From contig CAYYUZ010000006.1 of NCBI GenBank assembly GCA_964475005.1, forward strand, positions 1 to 56,965: a DNA stretch of 56,965 nt, written 5' to 3'. A model generated the notes under the pieces. It saw nothing but the letters and a program-made list of their open reading frames with translations. It was not told the DNA's origin and searched no databases. This document shows, piece after piece, positions 37,897 to 47,951 of this stretch. Position numbers and translations under genes: made by a program. This DNA is from an uncultured Spirochaetales bacterium (GTDB lineage: Bacteria > Spirochaetota > Spirochaetia > JABEVK01). Numbering within the stretch: position 1 is the stretch's first letter; every line of letters starts with the position of its first letter.

Positions 37897-39306
37897 TCAA
37901 AAACTTAAATTCACGTTGGTTTGAACCTTGTATTCAACATTCCTGGTCATCGCCGACTGATTGGGGACAAAGAGTCCGACACCAAGACTGCCGCCCAGGT
38001 CGCTTGTGGGGCGCAGGAGAGCCGTCAGGTCGCTTTCGGTCCCCAAGTATCGTTCTTTGTTCCGGTTGTTCCCCTGGCTGTCAAGGTTCGCAATCAGTCC
38101 CGACTCGGTGATGGCTCCAGCTCCGTCTAGCGAAGGCCTCACGAACACAGAATTGACGGAAAGAAGCTGGAGAAACTCAAAGGGTTTGACCGACGCCGTC
38201 AGTTGAGTGGTTAGCATGTTTGTCGGCTGGGGGTTGAAGATGAGGTTCCCCGCGGCGGGGGTGATGGCCACCCAACCTGTATATGTATTCGGCTTGAGCG
38301 AACCGGGACTAACTGGGTTGTTTTGATTGACCGAACTGCCATCGGGGTCCCAGCTTCCCATCTGAACACCCAGGTCGATAAGCAAGTTGGCCAAACTGGG
38401 CATGACCAGCGAAAGGTCAATGTTCCCCATCCCGGCTAGAATCGTCGACGTCTTCCAGGTTTGAAACACACTCTTGGAACGGTCAGCGCTGGTCACAGTT
38501 GTTGAAGGACCGACAAGGGTGAGGCTGGACCCTGTCTCGAGGTATGCCCACAGGTTCCAATAAAAGGGTCCGATAATCCGCCCTTCACCCCCTGCGCCAA
38601 AGTAATTTGTTGAGACCGGCGCTCCGACTTGTCGACTACTGATATTGGTATTTCCAGAATCCCCGTCTTTTGCCTCACCGGCCCTCATATCCTGCTGAAC
38701 GAGAGCGCCCAAATGAAAGGTCTGATCAGGAATCCACTCTTTGCCGGTGGCTTCGACATACACAAAGAGCCGAGGAGGAGCCCAAAGGGTGGAAGAGTTG
38801 CGAAAGTCCTCAAGAACCTGGCGTTCTTTGGTGTCATCTTCACTAATGACGATGGTATTTCCACTTTTGAACAACAGAGCCGAAGTCCCGGCCATCCCCT
38901 TCAGGTCGAGATTAGGTCTGGAAAGAACCGCCTGAATGCCGTCGAGTTTGGTGTTGAGAACGGTGGCGCTGAAGTCGCGGAAATCGGTTCGGCCGATCCA
39001 CAATGACTTAGTCGCGAAGACGAAATAGTCGATGTCGCCAGTAAAGGTGTTGGTAGTAGAAGAACCGTTTCCGTAACCAAGGGCATAGGTGTCAGTCAAG
39101 TTGCCTTTCACCAGTAGCGTTGTTACCTGGTCAAAATTCCAGTTGGTCCACAGCCTGGTCACGGGAACCTCCGAGAAGGTTGAGTTGGGAGAACCAGTCT
39201 TGGTGACCAAGACATAAGAAGTGTTCTCGAGGCTCCCGCCCCAGTCGAAGGCTGAGGCCGGCGCAATCAGCGCCACAATGAGAAAGAAGACTGCGAGACC
39301 TCTCAT
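37897..39306 (-). CDS. Putative outer-membrane beta-barrel protein
   Basis: Signal peptide, alternating amphipathic strands, C-terminal VNLSF. Confidence 0.65.
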   Translation of the reverse strand: MRGLAVFFLIVALIAPASAFDWGGSLENTSYVLVTKTGSPNSTFSEVPVTRLWTNWNFDQVTTLLVKGNLTDTYALGYGNGSSTTNTFTGDIDYFVFATKSLWIGRTDFRDFSATVLNTKLDGIQAVLSRPNLDLKGMAGTSALLFKSGNTIVISEDDTKERQVLEDFRNSSTLWAPPRLFVYVEATGKEWIPDQTFHLGALVQQDMRAGEAKDGDSGNTNISSRQVGAPVSTNYFGAGGEGRIIGPFYWNLWAYLETGSSLTLVGPSTTVTSADRSKSVFQTWKTSTILAGMGNIDLSLVMPSLANLLIDLGVQMGSWDPDGSSVNQNNPVSPGSLKPNTYTGWVAITPAAGNLIFNPQPTNMLTTQLTASVKPFEFLQLLSVNSVFVRPSLDGAGAITESGLIANLDSQGNNRNKERYLGTESDLTALLRPTSDLGGSLGVGLFVPNQSAMTRNVEYKVQTNVNLSF

Positions 39307-39767
39307 GGGTGCGATCCCTTCCAGGTCTGCGCAGATTGGAGGAAATACATCGCGCGTTCTCCGGAAACAAGGGCATCGGGTCTCGCCGAGCCCGTCAGCA
39401 CGCGCCGGAAGATCAATTCGCGGAAGGCATAGCGGCCATCGGGGAACACCTTATACAGAAGACCGGTTGGCATGTTCAGTGCTCTGACAACAAGCTGACT
39501 ATACGTCGCCAAGTCTATCGCTTTCGTCGGAGCGAGACCTTTGGGACCCCAACCCGCCTCCGACGCTTTCTGAGCGGCCTGCGCCGGGGTTGTGGTCTCG
39601 TCAAACGTGCCGACCGAGCGGCCGACCAGCCAGGCGGCATTGTCCCAAGTAATGGCCGATTGCGAAAGCAATTTGTCAATCACCGCGTCGTCCGGAACGG
39701 CGGCTTGTCCCGCAACCGATCCGATTCCGACGAGGGTCCAAAGGACAACCTCCATGACGAATCTCAT
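39303..39767 (-). CDS. Secreted hypothetical protein
   Basis: GGAGG RBS, signal peptide, ATGA overlap with the next gene. Confidence 0.65.
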   Translation of the reverse strand: MRFVMEVVLWTLVGIGSVAGQAAVPDDAVIDKLLSQSAITWDNAAWLVGRSVGTFDETTTPAQAAQKASEAGWGPKGLAPTKAIDLATYSQLVVRALNMPTGLLYKVFPDGRYAFRELIFRRVLTGSARPDALVSGERAMYFLQSAQTWKGSHP

Positions 39768-39839
39768 GGATACCTCCATTTTGCTATTTACTTGGACTCA
39801 TTCTAGACCATTTTTGAAAAATTGACTTATGCTAACTTT

Positions 39840-42503
39840 ATGAAAACCTCGCGTTCTTGGGTGACTCTTGCCGTTCCTGCCTCTGTCATATTGTTCATGG
39901 GAGTTCTTGTCTTCACTGGCGCAACCCGGCAGCTTGAACTGCAGATCCTCGACCTTTACACGCGGTTCGTGGCCCCTCCCCCTGAGCAGCCCGAAGTGGT
40001 GATCATTGACGTTGACGATCAGGCCATGCAGAACGTCGGCACCTGGCCCTGGAGCCGCGACATTCACGCCAACTTGCTGGCCGATTTGAAGGCGCTCGGG
40101 GTCGACTCACTCTCGTTCGACGTGGAGTTTGTCGACCGGGGGCCCGTGGGCGTCAACAGCAGCGAACGCGACGCCGTGTTGGCGGCCAAAGGCCAGGAAC
40201 TCGACGAGGTGTTTCAGGCTCTGAAAGCCAAACAAATGAAGGTAGACGAGGTTCATGACGCGACTAAGACTCTGCTCAGCGAAGGCGTGCTGCTGACGGC
40301 TCGCGATAACGACGCTTACTTCGGTCAGGCCATGAAGGTGTTCGGGCGGGTGTTCACCACGCTCAACTACGACCAAAGCAATGACAACGCCGACGCCAAA
40401 GACGCGGAGGCCTACCTGAAGGAGCATTCGACGATTGGTCCGGTCACGGGAACGCTGGATAGGTTGCGTCCCGTGCTGACTCTTCGGGGGGCCATTGTGC
40501 CTATCGCCAGCCGGGCCGCAGGAGCCGCAGTAACTAACGTGATCAAGGACGCCGACGGCACGCTCAGGCGGATCAACCTGCTGTTCCGTATGCCTGGGGA
40601 GAATGGCGCGCCCGACAAGATTTTTGGCCAACTGGCGTTCGTTCCGGTCTGGGTGAGGCTGGGAAAACCGGCCATCGAAGTGACTCCCAGCCGTCTGATC
40701 TTGAAGACGTCGGCGTTGAAGGAGAACGCTCGTCCCGACATCGTCATTCCTCTCGATTCCGAAGGCAAAATGGTGATCAACTGGCCGCACGCGACCTACT
40801 GGAACAGTTTCCGTAACGGCCACGTTCGGGTCAGCGAACTCCAGGAATTGCAGGAGGACACCGCCATCCTCGAGGCGCAAGTGAAGGCCATGGAGGACCA
40901 TGGGTACTTTGACCAAGACCTCATGGGAATGTCCTCGCAGGCCAAGGCCGACCGGGCCGCAGCCTTGGCCGCGGGCGATTCGAAGGCCTTTGACGCGGCG
41001 CTGGCCGAAGAGTCGTCCTGGCGTCAGGCGATTGTCGCGCTGGCAGAAGGAACGCGCGAACAGGACCTCAAGACCATCCTTCAAAGACAGGCAAGAGATC
41101 CGAAGATTCCCCAGGCCTCCAAGGATAAAATTCCAGGGCTCATCGACGACGTTGGAGTGACCTTCACCGCGTTCCGGAACAAAGTCCACGCCTTCACCGA
41201 CCTCAGGACCTCGCTAGAGAAGCGCTTGAAGGGCGCGATGGCGTTCTACGGCTGGACCGCGGTAGCCACCACCGACTTGGGCGTCACTCCCTTTGATTCG
41301 GTCTACTACAACGTCGGCACCCATGCAGCCGTGGCTAATACTATCCTTTCGGGGGCTTTCTTGAACCAGTGGCCGTCGTGGGCCACGTTCCTGCTCGGGG
41401 CGCTTGTGGCCATCGGGGCGTCGTTCTTGCTGACCCGGATGGGTACGCTCGCCGGAGTCTTGGTAGGGTTTGGGGTCTTTTTGGCCTTGATGTTTGGCGT
41501 TGCCATTGGCTATGCAGCCACGGGGGTGTACGCCGGGGCGCTGGCTTCGGGTGCCACGGTCTTCTTATCGGTGCTCGGGTTGACGCTTGTAAGGTTTTGG
41601 AGCACCGAGGCCGAGAAACGCTTCATCCGCGGGGCCTTCGGCACGTACTTGAGCCCGGAAGTCATCAAACAGCTGGAGGCTGACCCCGATAAACTCAGCC
41701 TCGGCGGCGAGAAGAAGGTGCTGACGGCGGTGTTCACCGACGTGAAGGGCTTTTCGACCTTCAGCGAGTCGATGGACCCGAACGAACTGGTTCAGCTTCT
41801 CAACGGCTACCTGACCGAGATGAGCGATATTATCCTCGACACTCGGGGTACCATCGACAAGTTCGAAGGCGACGCCATCATCGCGTTCTGGGGGGCTCCT
41901 CTTCCCTTTGACGACCACGCCCCGCAGGCCGTCCACGCGGCGCTCCGCATGAAGAAAGCCGAGGCCGCCATGAACAAGCGGTTCGTTGAAACCGGTCTGG
42001 CCAAGACTCCTCTGCTGACCCGGATCGGCATCAACACAGGCGAAATGACGGTGGGCAACATGGGGACCGCCAGACGCATGGATTACACCATGATGGGCAC
42101 GTCGGTGAACCTCGCCGCCCGCCTTGAAGGCGTGAACAAGGAGTACGGTACCTGGATCTTGACGACCGAGGCCACCCGAAGCCGGGTCGACGACCGTGTG
42201 CTCTTCAGGCGCCTCGACAGGGTCCGTGTCATCGGCATCAAGGCCCCCGTCCGCTTATTTGAAGTCACGGCCTTCCGCGACGACGCCACTACCCCCCTCA
42301 TCGAGAAGTTGGACTTGTTCGACCATGCCCTCGAGGCCTACGACGCCGGCGAATGGGAACTGGCCCGCAAGGGGTTCGACCAAGTTCTGGCTCTTGACCC
42401 TTCGGATGCCCCGGCTCAGAATTTCGTGACCAGAACCGAAACCAACCGGGCCGCGGGTCTGGGGCCAGGTTGGGACGGCGTGTTCGAGATGAAGACCAAG
42501 TAG
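39840..42503 (+). CDS. CHASE2-domain class III adenylate cyclase
   Basis: IDVDD..WPWSR, DADGTLRR, GTHAAVANTI (CHASE2), 3 TM, FTDVKGFS, DKFEGDA, DYT..G.SVNLAARLEG; Lys/Asp specificity residues indicate ATP. Confidence 0.92.
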   Translation: MKTSRSWVTLAVPASVILFMGVLVFTGATRQLELQILDLYTRFVAPPPEQPEVVIIDVDDQAMQNVGTWPWSRDIHANLLADLKALGVDSLSFDVEFVDRGPVGVNSSERDAVLAAKGQELDEVFQALKAKQMKVDEVHDATKTLLSEGVLLTARDNDAYFGQAMKVFGRVFTTLNYDQSNDNADAKDAEAYLKEHSTIGPVTGTLDRLRPVLTLRGAIVPIASRAAGAAVTNVIKDADGTLRRINLLFRMPGENGAPDKIFGQLAFVPVWVRLGKPAIEVTPSRLILKTSALKENARPDIVIPLDSEGKMVINWPHATYWNSFRNGHVRVSELQELQEDTAILEAQVKAMEDHGYFDQDLMGMSSQAKADRAAALAAGDSKAFDAALAEESSWRQAIVALAEGTREQDLKTILQRQARDPKIPQASKDKIPGLIDDVGVTFTAFRNKVHAFTDLRTSLEKRLKGAMAFYGWTAVATTDLGVTPFDSVYYNVGTHAAVANTILSGAFLNQWPSWATFLLGALVAIGASFLLTRMGTLAGVLVGFGVFLALMFGVAIGYAATGVYAGALASGATVFLSVLGLTLVRFWSTEAEKRFIRGAFGTYLSPEVIKQLEADPDKLSLGGEKKVLTAVFTDVKGFSTFSESMDPNELVQLLNGYLTEMSDIILDTRGTIDKFEGDAIIAFWGAPLPFDDHAPQAVHAALRMKKAEAAMNKRFVETGLAKTPLLTRIGINTGEMTVGNMGTARRMDYTMMGTSVNLAARLEGVNKEYGTWILTTEATRSRVDDRVLFRRLDRVRVIGIKAPVRLFEVTAFRDDATTPLIEKLDLFDHALEAYDAGEWELARKGFDQVLALDPSDAPAQNFVTRTETNRAAGLGPGWDGVFEMKTK

Positions 42504-42508
42504 TTGCC

Positions 42509-43141
42509 GTGAAGCGCTACGTGGTCCTTGCAGGGAACATTGGCGCCGGGAAATCGACGCTGGTCGAACTGTTATGCCGACGCTGGGGTTGGACACCCTA
42601 CTATGAGCCGGTGGCCGAAAATCCGTACCTGAAGGACTTCTACGGCGACATGGAACGCTGGGCGTTTCACAGCCAGGTCTTCTTTTTGATGCACCGCGCA
42701 CGAAGCCACCGCGAGCTTTCGTTGGAGCCCGGGTCGGTGGTGCAGGACCGGTCGCTTTACGAAGACGCCGAGGTCTTTGCCGAAAATCTGTTCCTCAACA
42801 ACCGCATCAGTCCCCGGGACTACGGTGTGTACCGCGAACTTTACGCAGTTCTTTCGTCGCTGCTGCCCAAACCCGATCTGGTGGTCTACCTCAAGGCGTC
42901 GGTGGCCACCCTTCGCCGCCGAATTGTGCAGCGAGGCCGCCCCTTTGAGCTGACGATCACCGATGAGTACCTGGAAGGTCTCAACGTCCTCTACGATCGG
43001 TGGACGACCGGTTTTGCCGTGGCGCCGATCTTGACCGTCTCGGCAGACGAAAACAATGTGCTCGAATACCCGGAAGACTTCGACGGCATCGTGGCCCGCA
43101 TCGAAATGGCGCTTCAGGATCGGCAGGGGACCTTGTTCTAG
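42509..43141 (+). CDS. Deoxynucleoside kinase
   Basis: AGNIGAGKST, EPV..NPYL..FY, QDRSLYED. Confidence 0.9.
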   Translation: MKRYVVLAGNIGAGKSTLVELLCRRWGWTPYYEPVAENPYLKDFYGDMERWAFHSQVFFLMHRARSHRELSLEPGSVVQDRSLYEDAEVFAENLFLNNRISPRDYGVYRELYAVLSSLLPKPDLVVYLKASVATLRRRIVQRGRPFELTITDEYLEGLNVLYDRWTTGFAVAPILTVSADENNVLEYPEDFDGIVARIEMALQDRQGTLF

Positions 43142-43190
43142 AAGGTTATCCTCCTCTATATTGGGGAAATTCTTTTTCTAGGAGCTCCCC

Positions 43191-43676
43191 ATGAAGATCG
43201 CCTCCAACAAAGTCGCCACCCTTCATTACACCCTCAAAGACGACAAAGGGGCTCTCATCGAGAGCTCCGTCGGCAACGAACCCTTGACGTATATCCACGG
43301 CATCGGAAATCTGATTCCCGGCCTCGAATCGAAACTGGAAGGCAAGCAGGTTGGTGACAAGTTGTCCGTGGTCGTAAAGGCCGAAGATGCCTACGGCGAA
43401 CGCGACGAAGAGTTGATCGAAGAGGTTGAACGCACGGAATTCGACGACGGCGAGGAACTCGAAGTCGGCAAGGAATTTCAGTACGACGATGAGGATGGCA
43501 ACGTCTACCATGTCCGCGTTGTGAAGATTGACGACAAGATGGTTACCATCGACGGCAACCACCCCCTTGCGGGTCAGACTTTGGCCTTTGATGTCGAGGT
43601 CTTGGGTGTTCGTGATGCTAGCAAGGAAGAGTTGGAGCATGGCCACGTCCATGGCGCCGGCGGTCACCACCACTGA
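43191..43676 (+). CDS. slyD: FKBP-type peptidyl-prolyl isomerase
   Basis: LHYTL, PLTYIHG...LIPGLE, DGNHPLAG, His-rich tail. Confidence 0.92.
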   Translation: MKIASNKVATLHYTLKDDKGALIESSVGNEPLTYIHGIGNLIPGLESKLEGKQVGDKLSVVVKAEDAYGERDEELIEEVERTEFDDGEELEVGKEFQYDDEDGNVYHVRVVKIDDKMVTIDGNHPLAGQTLAFDVEVLGVRDASKEELEHGHVHGAGGHHH

Positions 43677-43686
43677 GGCTCGGATC

Positions 43687-43831
43687 TCGGTTTTTTGGCG
43701 TCGCCTCAAGGAAGTTCCGGTCCTCGGCGTAATTCAATTACGCCTGCGGGCGTCACTCCCTCTCGGTTTAGCCAAAAATCCGATCTCCTTCGCCTAGTTT
43801 GCCATGGACTTCGCTTCGCTCGCTGTGGCAA
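43687..43831. repeat. REP-like palindromic intergenic element
   Basis: Outer arms 43687-43699/43771-43783 (12/13), inner palindrome GGCGTAATTCAATTACGCC 43726-43744, second hairpin TTGCCATGG..CGCTTCGCTCG..CTGTGGCAA. Confidence 0.5.
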
Positions 43832-43833
43832 TG

Positions 43834-43863
43834 AAAAAAGCCTCCCGCTTGGGAGGCTTTTTT
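43834..43863. terminator. Bidirectional intrinsic terminator
   Basis: AAAAAAGCCTCCC-GCTT-GGGAGGCTTTTTT between convergent genes. Confidence 0.9.
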
Positions 43864-43878
43864 GTTGTCCAGGAAGGA

Positions 43879-44541
43879 CTAGAGGGAATAGCCGACTTCT
43901 ACGCCGCCTCGCAAGCCGATGCTGGAGGAACTGCTATAGGTGACTCCGGAATAGTAGGCAGTCGAAAGTTTCGAGTTCAGACCAACGCCAAGGTCGAGCG
44001 GGACTCGGACGAACCATTGGTTATCGAGGTCAAAGTTGAGGTCGACGCCGAGCGTGACATAAACAGGGCTGAACTGCTGTTTTTCGTCGGTTGAGCTTGA
44101 AACGTCGGTTGAGCCGATCGAGCCACCTAGGAATCCGACATAGTCCAGACCAACTTTTGGGGCAATGGAAAATGTCTTGTTGACCTGGAACGGGTACTTG
44201 AGCTCCCCTCCCAATTCAAACTGGCTCACGCTATTGCTGTAGTTGGAGGTGCCCGAAAGAGTTCCCCAGGTTGCCGTGCGATTGAGCTGGCCCATAGCGC
44301 CGCGGAAACCGAAATTGACGGTGATGAACTGGGTGATGTCGACGAATCCGTTGAAGCCAAAAGACCCCGTTGTGTCTTTCAACTCTAGAGAGGCACCGGA
44401 CAGGGTAGCCTGTTGGTCAAAGGTATTGCTCAAGAGAGAAAATCCGGCGCCGACGTTGAATTTGATGCCAGAATTTTCTTGGGCGTAGGCCGCTCCAAGA
44501 GTGGCCAGGATAAACAGTGCCGAGAGTAGCAGGGGCTTCAT
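43879..44541 (-). CDS. Small outer-membrane beta-barrel protein
   Basis: Signal peptide ending AYA, amphipathic strands, C-terminal VEVGYSL. Confidence 0.7.
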   Translation of the reverse strand: MKPLLLSALFILATLGAAYAQENSGIKFNVGAGFSLLSNTFDQQATLSGASLELKDTTGSFGFNGFVDITQFITVNFGFRGAMGQLNRTATWGTLSGTSNYSNSVSQFELGGELKYPFQVNKTFSIAPKVGLDYVGFLGGSIGSTDVSSSTDEKQQFSPVYVTLGVDLNFDLDNQWFVRVPLDLGVGLNSKLSTAYYSGVTYSSSSSIGLRGGVEVGYSL

Positions 44542-44743
44542 TAGGGTCTCCTAAAAGAAAAACAGTGGGGTCTTTATATCACAGGTCTTGGCTAAATAGC
44601 TACTCAATGTTCCAATATTTAATGATTATTCGCATAAGTCAAATATGTCCAGAGTGGAGCACTAAGCCTTGGCGCCCCTTGGACCGACTGGCTTGCAGAT
44701 CACAAGTTTGTCGCCTAGACTTTGAAAACGCTGGAGGCTTCGC

Positions 44744-45487
44744 ATGACTCGGGTCTTCGTTGTCCTCTTTCTTTCTTTGCTGGGGTCGAGTTTGTACTCG
44801 CAAGCCGTCAGGGTTGGTGAATTTTTGCACCCGCCCTTTGCTGACATTGACCAACAAACCAAACAGGCCAAAGGGGCTGAAGTTGAATTCGTGAAACAGG
44901 TCTTCTTGGAACTGGGGTACAGGCCAGTTTTCGTCTTCGTGCCCTTTCCCAGGCTTCTTGAAGAGTTGAAGAGGGGAGAAGTCGACCTCGCGGTTTCGTT
45001 GATGAAGACTCCGGAACGGGCGGAATTCCTCTTCTACTCTGACACTTCCAACGTCCTCATCAGACCGGTTCTTGTTTTCAGAAAGGACAGCCCGGTTCAG
45101 ACCATCCAGTCGGTTTCTGACATCAAAGGCTTGAGAATCGGTTTTGTGAGAGGGCAAGCCCTCCCCCTGTTTTTTGATAGGCAGGAACTTTACACCCTAG
45201 ATCTGTATTCAGGGCCAGATCCGGGGTTGGTGAACCTCAACAAACTGCTTGTCGATCACCTCGACGCCGCTTTGGACCTCAACCTTTACAATGTGGAATC
45301 GAATCTTAAGAAGCTGGGAATCGCCGACCAGGTGAAGATCGTTCGGGTGCCCAAGAGCGAGATTCCCTGCTACCTTGTTGTCTCCAAAAGGTTCCCCGGC
45401 GCCTTAGCGTTGCTTTCCAAGTACAATAGCCTTACAAAGCGAAAAAAGTACGACCTTGGCGCCTTCGTCGAGGCCGAAACAAAATAG
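44744..45487 (+). CDS. Substrate-binding protein, family 3
   Basis: HPPFA, PFPRLLEELKRGEVD, KTPERAEFL, GLRIGFVRG. Confidence 0.85.
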   Translation: MTRVFVVLFLSLLGSSLYSQAVRVGEFLHPPFADIDQQTKQAKGAEVEFVKQVFLELGYRPVFVFVPFPRLLEELKRGEVDLAVSLMKTPERAEFLFYSDTSNVLIRPVLVFRKDSPVQTIQSVSDIKGLRIGFVRGQALPLFFDRQELYTLDLYSGPDPGLVNLNKLLVDHLDAALDLNLYNVESNLKKLGIADQVKIVRVPKSEIPCYLVVSKRFPGALALLSKYNSLTKRKKYDLGAFVEAETK

Positions 45488-45540
45488 CCCTTGCTTGATT
45501 TCCCTGGCGGCGAGAGGTACGTTGACCCGCGGAGGTTCGC

Positions 45541-46149
45541 ATGATCGACGTCTTGCTCAAAGGGGGACCCATCCTCTGGGTCATTCTCGTCTTGGCGGTT
45601 CCCGTGCTGGCGATTGTTGTGGAAAGGCTCCTCTACTTCCGAAAGATCGCCACCGACGAAGAGAAGTTGTTCGCTCGGGTCAAAGGTGCGATGGAAAAGG
45701 GGCATTTCGACGAGGCCTTGGCGATTTGCGACACCGTGGAAGCTCCTCTGGGTGCCTTGATCCGTGTTGGCATCGAGAATCGTCTGCTTCCCGAAAACGA
45801 CCTCAAGGAGGCGGTTCGCGATGCGGCGGTTCGGGAACTTCCCCTGATTGAACAGAACATCCAGGCCGTCAACGTCATCGCCAATATTTCGCCGATGATC
45901 GGCCTCTTGGGAACCGTTGTCGGTATCATCAATTCGTTCAATGTTTTGGGTTCGTTCGGTGCGGTTTCTGACCCTTCGGTCCTCGCGAAAGGCATTAGTG
46001 AGGCCCTCCTGAACACGGGAGCGGGAATCCTTGTGGCCGTCCCCTCGATGGTGGCTTACGCTTGGCTCTCGGGCCGGGCCAACGCCGTCATCGGCCGGCT
46101 AGAAAGCCAGGCCAACGATTTGGTTCGGGTCGTGAGGCGCAAACCGTGA
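45541..46149 (+). CDS. exbB: MotA/TolQ/ExbB proton channel protein
   Basis: SPMIGLLGTVVGIINSF, GISEALLNTGAG. Confidence 0.9.
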   Translation: MIDVLLKGGPILWVILVLAVPVLAIVVERLLYFRKIATDEEKLFARVKGAMEKGHFDEALAICDTVEAPLGALIRVGIENRLLPENDLKEAVRDAAVRELPLIEQNIQAVNVIANISPMIGLLGTVVGIINSFNVLGSFGAVSDPSVLAKGISEALLNTGAGILVAVPSMVAYAWLSGRANAVIGRLESQANDLVRVVRRKP

Positions 46150-46562
46150 GGCTCCCCCGCCGGTTGGCCCCCGCAGGGTTGCCCAACTTGATTCCTTTGA
46201 TCGATGTGGTGCTCATCCTCGTCATCTTCTTTCTGGTGGCGACGGTCTTTCGACTTGGCCCTGGGTTGGCCCTCGATCTGCCCAAGAGCACCTCGGCCCA
46301 AAACGTCACCCTCACCGAACTGCGCATCACGGTGGCCGGCGAAAACGACGTCTGGCTGGGTAACGTCAGAACCTCGCTTTCGCAGCTCGATTCTCTCCTC
46401 AAAGACAAGCTCAAGGGCAAGGATCTCAAGACCCTGCGGGTTGTTGTGGAGGGAGGGAGAGACGCACCCTACCAGGTCGTGGTCTCTGTACTCGACGTTT
46501 TGCGCCAGAATCAAGTGGTCGGCGTCAACCTGATGACCAAAGTGGTCGGGTCGCCGAGATGA
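46146..46562 (+). CDS. exbD: ExbD/TolR protein
   Basis: NLIPLIDVVLILVIFFLV, LDLPKS; GTGA overlap. Confidence 0.9.
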   Translation: MRLPRRLAPAGLPNLIPLIDVVLILVIFFLVATVFRLGPGLALDLPKSTSAQNVTLTELRITVAGENDVWLGNVRTSLSQLDSLLKDKLKGKDLKTLRVVVEGGRDAPYQVVVSVLDVLRQNQVVGVNLMTKVVGSPR

Positions 46563-47548
46563 AACCCCAGCGGCCGCCCTCGGCCTGGGAAAGTTGGCGC
46601 CAGCGCCAGCGCTTCAAACGGCGTTGGATAGCCTGGGGTTCTGCCGTTGGCACCGCGGTTCTGGCCCTCGGGTTGGCTTTTTGGGGAGGCTTCCCGGCTT
46701 GGTTGACCCTTGGTGAAAAAGGCGAGGCCTTGGCCGTGAAACTGGGAAACCCGGAAGGCGAAGATTTGCCGCTTTCGGTCTCGGCGCTTCCCGATCCGTC
46801 CATGCAGGCCGTGCTCGAGGCCCAACGCCACTCAGCGCTAAACACCGTCGAGGAAACCCGTGCCGTTCCTGAAGAACCCGGTCCCGCACCGGCGCCTAAA
46901 AAACTTGCGGTTCAAAAACCGGCTACCACCAAACCGGCGCCCTCGCCGACGCCGACCCCGGTGGAAAGCAAACCCTCAGAGCAGCCCCCCCAACCTGTCG
47001 TCACAGAAAAGGTAATCCGAGGGTCAGAAAAGGGCAATTCGTCCGAACTTATCCTCAAGCCCCAAGGGGAAAAAATCAGCCAGAATGCTTACTGGCCTGT
47101 CTACTTGTTCATGCCACTGCCTGCCAAACTCGACGCGGGGTTGTTGGCAAGAGTGGCCTCGAACAAGCTGTATTCGGCCGACGAGAGGAAGGCCCTTTTG
47201 CTTCAATACTACAGCAAAAGCGGCGATGGCCTCGTGCGAACCAACGATCCTGATCTGCCGGTTAGGCCGGCATTGTGGGAGGTTCTCGAAAGCGCCGGGT
47301 ACGATGTCGCTAACGCCGACTATAAGAAGGGCAAGGATCTCACCCCCGTCGTGATCACCTTTGAGTTGGGTATTCCAGCCTCATCAAACGACAATCCGGA
47401 GTTGCGCCAGGTTCACCTCGACCAGTCTTCGGGGAACGATCAGGTCGACGAGGCCGTACTCTACGCCTTCAAAAAATCCACCTTCGCCAACGGCACGGGG
47501 CAGGTCGCCCAGGGCCGTTACACCTACGATTTCACCGCGCCGAAATAG
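46559..47548 (+). CDS. TonB-like energy transducer
   Basis: One TM anchor, Pro-rich linker, C-terminal QSSGNDQVDEAVL..F; follows exbBD. Confidence 0.7.
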   Translation: MKPQRPPSAWESWRQRQRFKRRWIAWGSAVGTAVLALGLAFWGGFPAWLTLGEKGEALAVKLGNPEGEDLPLSVSALPDPSMQAVLEAQRHSALNTVEETRAVPEEPGPAPAPKKLAVQKPATTKPAPSPTPTPVESKPSEQPPQPVVTEKVIRGSEKGNSSELILKPQGEKISQNAYWPVYLFMPLPAKLDAGLLARVASNKLYSADERKALLLQYYSKSGDGLVRTNDPDLPVRPALWEVLESAGYDVANADYKKGKDLTPVVITFELGIPASSNDNPELRQVHLDQSSGNDQVDEAVLYAFKKSTFANGTGQVAQGRYTYDFTAPK

Positions 47549-47558
47549 GAGGTTGGCC

Positions 47559-47951
47559 GTGGCTCAGGTTCGAAAGACTCAAAAAACCGAGGTCTCGGTG
47601 GAGGAGTTTCTTGATTCGATCGCGGATCCGGTTCGGAAGGCTGACGCCACAACGATGGTTCAGCTGTTGCGCGAAGTCACCGGGGCCGAAGCCAGAATGT
47701 GGGGCCCAGCCATCATAGGCTTCGGAGACGGCTCCTACGTTTCGGCCAACGGGAAATCCAACGATTGGTTCCGTTTGGGGTTCAGTCCCCGAAAGGCCAG
47801 CACCACGCTCTACGGGATGGGGAATTTTCAAGGGGACGAGCTGACGCGCCTGGGAAAACATGAATTGAGCGGAGGCTGCCTCCATTTGAAACGACTGGCC
47901 GACATCGACTTGAACGTTCTCAGGAAGATTGTGGAGAGGCTTTGGGCTTAA
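47559..47951 (+). CDS. DUF1801 domain protein
   Basis: MWGPAIIGFG.G.Y, GFSPRKA..TLY, LGKH....GCL..KRLADID. Confidence 0.85.
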   Translation: MAQVRKTQKTEVSVEEFLDSIADPVRKADATTMVQLLREVTGAEARMWGPAIIGFGDGSYVSANGKSNDWFRLGFSPRKASTTLYGMGNFQGDELTRLGKHELSGGCLHLKRLADIDLNVLRKIVERLWA

